From an uncultured bacterium (lineage in GTDB: Bacteria; Schekmanbacteria; GWA2-38-11; J061): DNA of 31,204 nucleotides. Position 1 is the first letter of the stretch. Each line of letters opens with the position of its first letter. The notes under the pieces were generated by a model. That model searched no databases and was not told the origin of the DNA. It saw only the letters and a program-made list of their open reading frames with translations. The stretch lies in NCBI GenBank assembly GCA_964549305.1, contig CAZJVM010000031.1, positions 1 to 31,204 on the forward strand, in the 5' to 3' direction. This document shows, in pieces, positions 1 to 7,915 of this stretch. The translations under genes and the position numbers were made by a program.

Positions 1-33
1 TAAAATATTTTTTTCTTCCTCTTTCATTGGCAT
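1..33 (-). CDS. 5' end of a CDS running off the left window edge (MPMKEEEKKYF...), product unknown
   Basis: ATG at 33-31 on the minus strand with a GAAGGA Shine-Dalgarno-like sequence 6 nt upstream; frame is open to the window edge. Only 11 codons are visible. Confidence 0.45.
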   Translation of the reverse strand, partial: MPMKEEEKNIL

Positions 34-315
34 AAATTTTCCTTCTCGGGTTCAGTCTTTAATTGGCGCATATCCGTGTCTCATTATATTTTCACTGACA
101 GTTTTTGGAATCATAAACTGCAAAAGATAGTCGGCATCTCAGGTCTTTGATTCCACGCCCTAAATCTTTTAGCCATTAATGGTTTCATATATTCATTTAA
201 ATGCTTTATTTATCAATTTTCTTATAGGAAAATAATTTTACCATTAATTTGCGCTTTAGTGATTAACATTTTTAGATTAAAACAAAACACAAAATTCTAA
301 ATTAAGAAAAAAACA

Positions 316-1248
316 ATGCGAGTTTCAGGTGAAAAGCTGAGAGACAACAAGTTACTTCTCACTCTATTTCCCCGTCATTCCCGCAGAAGAATACTCGCCT
401 GGTCTGCCTTAGACATACTTCTCCATCCCGCTTCTTTTTTTAATCATATCAATGGAGACAATGTCCGTACCTTTCTCGCTTTTAGAAAAAGGGAGATTTT
501 CTGCAATGTTTGCGACACGAAGACAATGATGGTTTACTCTTTCCCTTCTTTAAAGAATGATTTTCTTTCTAAAACTCATAAATACCGTGAAACTTTGTCG
601 TGCACAAACTGCGGAGCAACAATGAGAAGGCGTACAATTGCTCACGCGCTTTTAAATGCCGTAAACACTCTTACAAATGACGGTAAAATAAACTCCATTG
701 AAAAACTGGCTGATTCGGGCAGGCATATCGATATCCTCGACACTGAAGACTATTCTCCCATTTCTCAGCGACTTTCGCGCCTTCCGGAATATATAACATC
801 GAAGTATCTTCCGGATAAAGAAATGGGCATCAACCTTTATAGCAATGTTTATAACATTGACCTTGAAAAGATTACCTTCGATTCCGAAAGGTTTGACATC
901 ATCATAACCTCCGAAGTGATAGAGCACGTGAGAGACTATAAATCAGCGCACAGGGAAATCCACAGATGTCTCAAAAAAGGAGGTTACTATATTTTTACCG
1001 TTCCCTATAACGATAATATAAAAAAACACAGGATACTCGTTGACACAAGCACTAATGAAGATGTTTTCCTTGAAAAGCCGCAATATCATGGAGATGCCAT
1101 AAGGGGAAAGATTCTTGCATACCGCGTATTTGGACGGGAAATTCACGATGAGCTCAAAAATGTCGGTTTCGAAGTCAAATTTCATCTCGTGGACAATCCG
1201 GAAAGCGGAATTTTCGGCGGAGATATATTTGTCTGCAGAAAATATTGA
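316..1248 (+). CDS. Class I SAM-dependent methyltransferase (Methyltransf_11-like) with N-terminal CxxC...CxxC putative zinc site
   Basis: C-terminal DLEKITFDSERFDIIITSEVIEHV...EIHRCLKKGGYYIFTVP is typical of type-11 methyltransferases; CNVC and CTNCG motifs lie N-terminal. Start codon is uncertain. Confidence 0.8.
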   Translation: MRVSGEKLRDNKLLLTLFPRHSRRRILAWSALDILLHPASFFNHINGDNVRTFLAFRKREIFCNVCDTKTMMVYSFPSLKNDFLSKTHKYRETLSCTNCGATMRRRTIAHALLNAVNTLTNDGKINSIEKLADSGRHIDILDTEDYSPISQRLSRLPEYITSKYLPDKEMGINLYSNVYNIDLEKITFDSERFDIIITSEVIEHVRDYKSAHREIHRCLKKGGYYIFTVPYNDNIKKHRILVDTSTNEDVFLEKPQYHGDAIRGKILAYRVFGREIHDELKNVGFEVKFHLVDNPESGIFGGDIFVCRKY

Positions 1249-1269
1249 GTTGTCTTTAGAAATAAAAAG

Positions 1270-2106
1270 TTAGTTATTACCGGAATTGATATTCAGTCTT
1301 TTTGATATTGCCAGATAGTTGGTTGTTATGAAAGCTTCGTTTCTTGAATGATAAATTTTAATCCATGACAGACCATCTCTTAAAATTCTGTAAATATCGT
1401 ATCTATCTCCGAGCAGACCAAAAAAGTCCTTTAAAAAAGTTCTTGAAACGATATTGCAGGGACCGAATTCAAACTGTATAAAATCAATTGAATCCGACTC
1501 AATCAACTCCTTTGCGCCAAGCAAGACTCTGTATTCATGTCCCTCTACATCGAGCTTCAAAAAATTGATATGTTCAATCATATTTTCTTTACAGAATTTA
1601 TCTAATGATTTCAGATGAATGGTATCAATAGGTTTCGACGGTAATCCGATATGGTCAAAGCAGTTTTCATACACTGAAGCAGACCCTGAAGTTTCAGAAT
1701 CGGCAAATAGAGTGACTTCTTCTTCCCTTTCTCCAAATCCATAATTGAAAAGCTTCACATTATTGTAATTTTCAAGATTCTCACTTAATGATTGGAATGT
1801 TTTTTTACCAGGTTCAAAACAATAAATATCAGCTTCGTTAAGGTTTTCTATTAATGCCGTCGCGTATTCTCCGAAATGAGCGCCAACATCAAAAATGACT
1901 GCCTTATCATTCGCCGATACCTGCTTTGAAAAAAAGTCTATAACGTATAATTCACCGCTGTCTTCAAGAAGCGAACCGCCTCCGATATTAAGTCCATAGA
2001 ATGATAACCAGTTTAATCTTTCAAAGAGGGGCTGAAAAAAGCGTCTGCCCCTGAAAAGATATCTGAATATTTTTCGAAAAGGATTATTGCCTGTTTCAGA
2101 TTGCAT
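1270..2106 (-). CDS. FkbM family methyltransferase
   Basis: Motifs VIFDVGAHFGEY, YCFEP, FLKLDVEGHEYRVLLGA and IQFEF. Confidence 0.9.
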   Translation of the reverse strand: MQSETGNNPFRKIFRYLFRGRRFFQPLFERLNWLSFYGLNIGGGSLLEDSGELYVIDFFSKQVSANDKAVIFDVGAHFGEYATALIENLNEADIYCFEPGKKTFQSLSENLENYNNVKLFNYGFGEREEEVTLFADSETSGSASVYENCFDHIGLPSKPIDTIHLKSLDKFCKENMIEHINFLKLDVEGHEYRVLLGAKELIESDSIDFIQFEFGPCNIVSRTFLKDFFGLLGDRYDIYRILRDGLSWIKIYHSRNEAFITTNYLAISKRLNINSGNN

Positions 2107-2188
2107 TGTATATTTCGCTTTTTTCTTTATGAAAATTTATTGACCACTCGAACACATATAAAGTTTATAATGTATTATATTTTAAAGA

Positions 2189-3220
2189 ATGGCAATGAAC
2201 AAAAAAAAGATTATATCCCTTAATTTTTTAATTTTATTTACTTCGCTTTTCATAACATTTTTCTGCCTCGAAGCAGGAGTCCGCGTCTACTATTACGGCT
2301 TTAAAAACACTATTACAGGAAAAGTATCAACTGTCGTGCCCATAACTATGACAGGTCTGCTCAGACTTTCAGATAATAAGAAAATTGTCTATGAGCTCAA
2401 ACCGAACGCGGAAGGTGTTTCCAAGTTTGTTTCCGTTAAAACAAATGAGGAAGGATTCAGGGATGAATCCTATCCTATAGAAAAAGCAGAAGGTGTCTAT
2501 CGGATAGCAATACTCGGAGACTCAATCACCTTCGGAATAGGTGTAGGGCAGGAAGAAACTTTTTCCGAACGTCTTGAAGAATCGCTACATTCTCTCTGCG
2601 ACAGAAAAAATGTTGAAGTCATTAACTTTGGCGTTCCCGCCTATAATACCTCACAGGAACTGGAAGTATTAAAAACCAAGGTATTAAAATACAAACCGGA
2701 TTTTGTGATTCTTGCCTATTACAATAATGATATTTTTCCTCCCGTTGATATATCCCGCGACCTTGAGTTTTCAATGAAAGGTTTTTTTTACAAACACAGT
2801 CATCTCTTCAGATTAATTTATGAACGAATCAGACAATCGCGAAGGAAAGTATCTTATACGCAGGAATTGGCAACCAATTACAGTGATAATTCAGAATTAT
2901 GGAAAGAACGGAAGAAGGAATTCCATGAATTCAGAAAAATATCTGATGAGAAGAATTTTAAGATTCTATTTATGCTTATTCCATCGATGACTGATTTTGG
3001 TGATGGATATCCTTTCAGGGGTATTGATAACCGGGTGCTCAATGAAACACGGAGAAATGAATTTCTAATTCTAAATTTGCTTCCCTTTTTTAAGGGTCAG
3101 GATCCTTCAAAACTCTGGATACTTAAAACAGACAAGCATCCAAACTCTGAAGGACATCAAATTATTGCGGATGCCATTTATAATCTTTTAATAAAAGAAG
3201 ATACAATCTGCCAGAAGTAG
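2189..3220 (+). CDS. Membrane-anchored SGNH/GDSL hydrolase family protein
   Basis: N-terminal hydrophobic helix; block I RIAILGDSITFG, block II NFGVPAYN, block III YYNND, block V DKHPN..GH. Confidence 0.88.
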   Translation: MAMNKKKIISLNFLILFTSLFITFFCLEAGVRVYYYGFKNTITGKVSTVVPITMTGLLRLSDNKKIVYELKPNAEGVSKFVSVKTNEEGFRDESYPIEKAEGVYRIAILGDSITFGIGVGQEETFSERLEESLHSLCDRKNVEVINFGVPAYNTSQELEVLKTKVLKYKPDFVILAYYNNDIFPPVDISRDLEFSMKGFFYKHSHLFRLIYERIRQSRRKVSYTQELATNYSDNSELWKERKKEFHEFRKISDEKNFKILFMLIPSMTDFGDGYPFRGIDNRVLNETRRNEFLILNLLPFFKGQDPSKLWILKTDKHPNSEGHQIIADAIYNLLIKEDTICQK

Positions 3221-3225
3221 TTTTG

Positions 3226-3255
3226 CTGGATCTCCCGGTCAAGCTGGAAGATGAC
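3226..3255 (-). repeat. REP-like palindromic repeat (GTC-tagged family), copy 1
   Basis: Reverse complement GTCATCTTCCAGCTTGACCGGGAGATCCAG matches 30983-31012 at 26/30 positions; it starts 5 nt after the SGNH stop codon. Confidence 0.75.
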
Positions 3256-3315
3256 ATACAAAAGATAAATCATTCCTTTCGGACTTTTTGGTTGAGCAGC
3301 AAAAATCGTCCTGGT

Positions 3316-3333
3316 CTTCGTGAACTTCGTGGT
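3316..3333. repeat. 9-bp-period short repeat (CTTCGTGAA-CTTCGTGGT)
   Basis: Its reverse complement begins ACCACGAAGTTC, identical to 4779-4790; related to the units at 4796-4863. Confidence 0.55.
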
Positions 3334-3411
3334 AGAAAGATGTTTTGATAATATGAATAAATAATTCCAAAATGTATTTTTTGGACAGGTATGTTGAAAA
3401 AAAATAGAAAT

Positions 3412-3448
3412 AAAAAAAGACTCCCGAGAATACCTCCGGGAGTCTTTT
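3412..3448 (-). terminator. Rho-independent terminator (probably bidirectional) of the PEP-CTERM gene
   Basis: Perfect inverted repeat AAAAGACTCCCG (3415-3426) / CGGGAGTCTTTT (3437-3448), with a 7-U tract on the minus strand, about 30 nt after the stop at 3477. Confidence 0.85.
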
Positions 3449-3476
3449 AGATTTTCTTTAATAAGTGCTCTTAAAA

Positions 3477-4340
3477 TTAGTTGCTTTTTCTCCAGAATCC
3501 AAGACCAAGGAGTCCTGCACCAAGAAGAATCAATGTTGAAGGTTCGGGGACAGGATCTTTCGGAGTTTCCTGGTCTGAGAAACTTCCGCCCTGAATAAAA
3601 ACTCCTGAATCAAGTATTGAATCAGAAGTGTCGGCAATTGCAAGTTTTATATGATGGGTGCCTGCTGAAAGTCCTAATGCCTTTGCCGTGAAAACATCGG
3701 TAAACCCGTCATATTCAATGCTGAAAAAAGGTCCGCCGTCATTAAGGTCATTATTGTTGAAATATTCAGGATGACTTGCGCCGGTACCTAAAGGATTCCC
3801 GCCGTTTACGGTGTTAATCGCAACTGCAGTGGATGTTCCCGGAATAAGTGCAATGTTAACGCTGTCAAGAAGAAAAGCAAAAACATCATTGAATTGTGAG
3901 TTAGTATATTCATTATACTCTTCTGAGGCAAAGGCATAGTTGAAAAACAGGTCGCCTCCCGTGCTGGTAAAATCGAATTCAAGAACATTCCTGTCATATG
4001 TTGTTCCGCCAATTATAGCGTTGAGGTCTGCATCACCTCCGGTACCGGTCGTACCTGTGCTACTATCAGAAGTGTTTGTGTTATCTACAAGAGTTGCGTC
4101 ACCGCTTGTAAGAAGGATGCCTCCGTCTATTCCAATTCCGGAAGCTATGCCATGTGTAAAAACGCCTGCCTGATTAGTACCACCTATATATGAAAGACCA
4201 GATATGCTAATACCCGAGCCAAGAATACTTGTTGCAAGAGCATTACCATCTGATGTAGGCGTTACAAGAATTGCATTTGCCGATGACGATAAAGCGACAA
4301 TTCCAAAGACAACCAACATAACCATCAACATTTTCTTCAT
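3477..4340 (-). CDS. Choice-of-anchor L domain PEP-CTERM exosortase-target surface protein
   Basis: Signal peptide (…ALSSSANA); conserved FNYAFASEEY, FNDVFAF, NIALIPG, EYDGFT, HIKLAIAD..D...DSGVF blocks; C-terminal VPEPSTLILLGAGLLGLGFWRK; GGAGG RBS at 4349-4353. Confidence 0.92.
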   Translation of the reverse strand: MKKMLMVMLVVFGIVALSSSANAILVTPTSDGNALATSILGSGISISGLSYIGGTNQAGVFTHGIASGIGIDGGILLTSGDATLVDNTNTSDSSTGTTGTGGDADLNAIIGGTTYDRNVLEFDFTSTGGDLFFNYAFASEEYNEYTNSQFNDVFAFLLDSVNIALIPGTSTAVAINTVNGGNPLGTGASHPEYFNNNDLNDGGPFFSIEYDGFTDVFTAKALGLSAGTHHIKLAIADTSDSILDSGVFIQGGSFSDQETPKDPVPEPSTLILLGAGLLGLGFWRKSN

Positions 4341-4405
4341 AATTACTGCCTCCTTTTAATAAATTTATACGATTACAAAAGTTTTTCTTTCCTGATAAAC
4401 AGATA

Positions 4406-4421
4406 AGCAAAATCCGTGCCA
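4406..4421 (-). promoter_or_regulatory. Sigma54 (RpoN) -24/-12 promoter of the PEP-CTERM gene
   Basis: Minus strand TGGCACGGATTTTGCT matches the consensus TGGCAC-N5-TTGCW exactly, 65 nt upstream of the ATG. Confidence 0.92.
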
Positions 4422-4521
4422 TATATTATTTATTTTTTTTAATTTACAATAAATCATTGTAATATAATGATTATTCAGAAATACAGGAAAGAAATTGCCT
4501 GTTTTTGACAATTCACTTAAA

Positions 4522-4556
4522 GAGTAAAAGTGTACAATTTTCAGACACTTTTACTC
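4522..4556. promoter_or_regulatory. Enhancer (upstream activator) site 1, GTGT-N11-ACAC, probable PrsR/PEP-CTERM box
   Basis: Perfect 12-bp inverted repeat GAGTAAAAGTGT-N11-ACACTTTTACTC about 100-135 bp upstream of the sigma54 site. Confidence 0.78.
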
Positions 4557-4565
4557 CTGTTTCAC

Positions 4566-4578
4566 TAACTTATTGAAA
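4566..4578 (-). promoter_or_regulatory. Putative IHF binding site between the two enhancer sites
   Basis: Minus strand TTTCAATAAGTTA versus consensus WATCAANNNNTTR (1 mismatch). Confidence 0.55.
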
Positions 4579-4586
4579 TATTAGAA

Positions 4587-4618
4587 CAAAAAGTGTTCAA
4601 AAACCCGACACATTTTTG
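4587..4618. promoter_or_regulatory. Enhancer site 2, GTGT-N11-ACAC
   Basis: CAAAAAGTGT-TCAAAAACCCG-ACACATTTTTG has the same core and spacing as site 1 and is offset by 63 bp. Confidence 0.75.
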
Positions 4619-4778
4619 CTTTGCAATTTTTTTATATGCTCTTTAATTGTTTTATATATTATTTCATTGCCGTCCAAGATATTTAAAAACACAGGTTTTG
4701 ATACGGCTTAACACTTTGGTTTTATTGAATGCTGTCACATTATTGAAAATGAGGTTGTCTTTATAAAGAAATGCAATC

Positions 4779-4905
4779 ACCACGAAGTTCTTTTGTCCGT
4801 GTGTTCAGTGTATTCAGTGGTTAATGTTTTTGATTTTAATTTTTTACCACGGAACACACTGAATTATTTTTTCCTTTTGTCGGTGTAGGCATTGTTTCTG
4901 TGGTT
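4779..4905. repeat. Cluster of 9-bp-period ACCAC-type repeats in inverted arrangement
   Basis: TCCGTGTGT-TCAGTGTAT-TCAGTGGTT (4796-4822) and inverted ACCACGGAACACACTGAA (4846-4863; 16/18 match to 4804-4821), plus partial units at 4779-4790 and 4896-4905. Confidence 0.65.
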
Positions 4906-5350
4906 CAACAGTAAGTTTTTATTAGATGAATATGTTAAAGACAAAGTTTAAAAAATCTATCCTGGACAGATATGCTCCAGTATATATCCTTAATATGTTT
5001 TCAACAAATCAGCACAAATCATTGGATGTTCCTGAAACAAGATTTTCTCTTTGACTGTTTCAGAGTTTTAAGAGAGTTAAACTGATTCATAATTTCTTTT
5101 CGCGCGGATATACGCAGGCAGTTTTGAAGATGTGAAGTAACAATCCCTCTTTCACTCATTTTAAATTAATAAATAAATTTGTTAAAAAATGCTTGATAAG
5201 ATTAATATCTCCGTATTAAAATATTTTAAATTTGTCTTTTTTATTGTTCGTTATTATTGGCAATAAAAGGGGAAATAAAGAGTGAACTGTATTAACTAAA
5301 GTATATTCGTAAATACAGGCAGCTTTTTATTAAGGGAAGGGAATCAAAAA

Positions 5351-6301
5351 TTGACAGCATCGCAGAATAAAATTCTCGTAGTGGAAAGCGAAGAAGAATC
5401 TTCGAAATACCTTAAAAAAATACTCGCCAAAGGCAAATTCTCCGTTGACTGCGCAGATACGGTCGAAACCGTACTCTCCTGCATAAGAGAAAACAGCTAC
5501 AGTCTGATAATCCTTTCAATGGATTTTCCCGGAAATAAAAGCGAGGAAGTTCTGACCTGCGTAAACAATGCAAAACCCGGATGCGATATTATTGCGACAA
5601 CTTCGTCCTCTCATGTGAAAGATGCCATATCGGCTATGAAAAAAGGCGCGTACGACTATCTCCTGAAACCTGTCAATCCGGATTTGACACAGATTATAGT
5701 GAGCAAGGCAATCGAGCGCAGAGTACTTACGAAAAAAGCGCTTGAAGCGGAGTATTACAAAAACCTTTCACGCGTGGACGGACTTACGGGGCTTAAAAAT
5801 TTTCGTTTTTTCAACGAGCTTCTAAGCAGTGAAGTATCGCGTTCGGCAAGATACAAGAAAAATTTTTCATTGCTGATGCTTGACATCGATAACTTCAAAA
5901 TGGTGAACGACAAAAAAGGGCATCAGACAGGAGATGAGGTGCTAAAAAATGTTTCGAAGGTTCTTCAGGATGTTTCCCGTAACACAGACCTTCTTTGCCG
6001 TTACGGAGGCGATGAGTTTGCAATAATAATTCCCGAAACAAAAAAAATAAAAACACTTCCCTTTGCGGAAAGAATCAGAAACGAAATCAAAAACAGCCAT
6101 TGCAAAAACGCCAACTCCGGGGACACTGCAGTTACCGTAAGCATTGGAATCGCGGGATTCCCTGAAGACGCTGACAACAAGGAAGAGCTTATAAAACTTG
6201 CCGATAAAGCGCTCTACAAAGCAAAAAATTCGGGACGGAATAAAATATATGTTCATCAGAATAAAATTGCAAAAAAAGTGAAAAAAAAGAAAACCCCCTG
6301 A
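5351..6301 (+). CDS. Diguanylate cyclase with N-terminal atypical receiver domain (REC-GGDEF)
   Basis: DGLTGL.N, LLMLDIDNFK.VND..GH..GD, RNTD I-site, RYGGDEF, VSIGIA, ADKALY.AK..GRN; REC fold with AYDYLLKP; TTG start preceded by AAGGGAAGGG. Confidence 0.92.
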   Translation: MTASQNKILVVESEEESSKYLKKILAKGKFSVDCADTVETVLSCIRENSYSLIILSMDFPGNKSEEVLTCVNNAKPGCDIIATTSSSHVKDAISAMKKGAYDYLLKPVNPDLTQIIVSKAIERRVLTKKALEAEYYKNLSRVDGLTGLKNFRFFNELLSSEVSRSARYKKNFSLLMLDIDNFKMVNDKKGHQTGDEVLKNVSKVLQDVSRNTDLLCRYGGDEFAIIIPETKKIKTLPFAERIRNEIKNSHCKNANSGDTAVTVSIGIAGFPEDADNKEELIKLADKALYKAKNSGRNKIYVHQNKIAKKVKKKKTP

Positions 6302-6421
6302 ATGCTTTTCCTTTAAAGCAATAAAAATGTTTTCAAATTTTCTCCTCCGGTTTTGTTAATTGCTTTTACCTTCAATTATTAGTATTTTACGATTCAGTAA
6401 CGATATATATCCCTTTAAATT

Positions 6422-7915
6422 ATGAAGAAAAAATCATTGAGAAAAACATTTAAGAAATATTCCTTTCCGGTTTTTATAATATTGTTGTCTTCACTCATCT
6501 TTCTGACCTGCGCAGTAAACCCCGTCACGAGAAAGTGGAATTTTATGCTTATCAGCACTGAACGGGAAGTTGAATACGGAAAGAAAGCCGATGTGGAAAT
6601 TACTGAAAAATACGGATATTACGATGACGAATCTCTGCAGAACTACATAAACGAAGTCGGTCAGAAGATAGCAACGGTATGCGACAGGAAAGACATCAAC
6701 TACCACTTCACAGTAGTTGACTCCCCTGAAATAAATGCCTTCGCTCTTCCCGGAGGATATATTTACATCACAAGAGGAATCCTCGCGCAGATAAACAGCG
6801 AAGCTGAGATGGCAGGAGTTTTGGGACACGAAACAGGACACGTTACGGCAAGGCACAGCGCGCAGCAGATAAGCAAAGCACTTTCCTACAAAATAGTTGC
6901 CGCGGGCGCATCCATCATTTATCCACCGGCACAGCAGTGGTCACAGATTTCCGATTTCATTTTTGGGGCAATACAAAGCGGATATGGAAGAGATTTCGAA
7001 CTTCAGTCAGACGAGCTTGGAGTAAAATACAATGACAGGGCAAATTACAACCCTAAAGCTGTCTCCGCGTTTTTAAATCATCTGAAAATGAACGAAGAGG
7101 GAAAACCGGTATTCCACGGGCTTTTCGCATCCCATCCGGATACCGCCGAAAGAGTGGAAAAAGCCAATGCTCTCGCGGAAAAAGTAATGAGCGAATCGGG
7201 CAAAAGCGATTATTCGCAAGGCAGAGATGAATATCTCTCAAAAATCGAAGGGCTCATTTACGGTCCCGGAGAAAGGGCAGGCGTATTTGACGGTCCCATT
7301 TACAGAAACGCGTTCTATAAATTCTCCGTTGTCCTTCCTCAGGATTGGAACGATATTGAAAGCCGTTACGTCTTTGCAAAAAAACATCCGGAACAGGAAG
7401 TGTATATGGCGTTAATGAAAATAAAACTTCGTTCCGCGATAAAACCCGACCAGCTCGCCCAAAAGTGGGAAAGTGAAAACGGAGCAAAACGAATTAACGG
7501 AAAAGAGATAACCCACGGCGGGATTGAAACATTTCACGGACTTTACGACATCAAACAAAAGAATGGAAAGGCGAGGGCGGAAGTCATCTTTTTCGTAAGC
7601 CGGGGCACGGGGTTTGCACTCATCGCTTCTGCGCTTAAAAAGGATTACGCGAACTCTACGGCTTATTTCAACAAAACATTCAACAGTCTGAGAAAGCTTA
7701 GCAGAAAGGAAGCGTCACAGTTTAAAAACAGGCGGATAATGATTTATACCGTTTCACCGGGAGATACCCTTGCAGGGCTTGCCGAACGATTTTTCAAAGA
7801 CAGGGCAAAAGACAAAGAGCTTGCCCTTATAAACGGAATTGAACACGACGCTAAGCTCATAGCGGGAAACAAGCTGAAGATACCCGTCGTAAATAAAAAA
7901 TATGAATCAGAATAA
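6422..7915 (+). CDS. M48 family zinc metalloprotease, probable lipoprotein, with C-terminal LysM domain
   Basis: Signal peptide ending in C30 (CAVNPVT); INAFALPGG, HETGH (HExxH), E..SD, SHP motifs; C-terminal YTVSPGDTL..LA...LALING..L..G.KLKIP LysM. Confidence 0.9.
   Translation: MKKKSLRKTFKKYSFPVFIILLSSLIFLTCAVNPVTRKWNFMLISTEREVEYGKKADVEITEKYGYYDDESLQNYINEVGQKIATVCDRKDINYHFTVVDSPEINAFALPGGYIYITRGILAQINSEAEMAGVLGHETGHVTARHSAQQISKALSYKIVAAGASIIYPPAQQWSQISDFIFGAIQSGYGRDFELQSDELGVKYNDRANYNPKAVSAFLNHLKMNEEGKPVFHGLFASHPDTAERVEKANALAEKVMSESGKSDYSQGRDEYLSKIEGLIYGPGERAGVFDGPIYRNAFYKFSVVLPQDWNDIESRYVFAKKHPEQEVYMALMKIKLRSAIKPDQLAQKWESENGAKRINGKEITHGGIETFHGLYDIKQKNGKARAEVIFFVSRGTGFALIASALKKDYANSTAYFNKTFNSLRKLSRKEASQFKNRRIMIYTVSPGDTLAGLAERFFKDRAKDKELALINGIEHDAKLIAGNKLKIPVVNKKYESE

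Noticed and set aside
5019..5159. 46-codon minus-strand ORF (MSERGIVTSHLQ...) in the 1-kb intergenic region
   Set aside because: No RBS and no recognisable motif; compatible with chance.
4980..5350. Possible c-di-GMP riboswitch or other ncRNA upstream of the diguanylate cyclase
   Set aside because: No GEMM-type conserved motifs or convincing stems found by eye; an Rfam scan would be needed.
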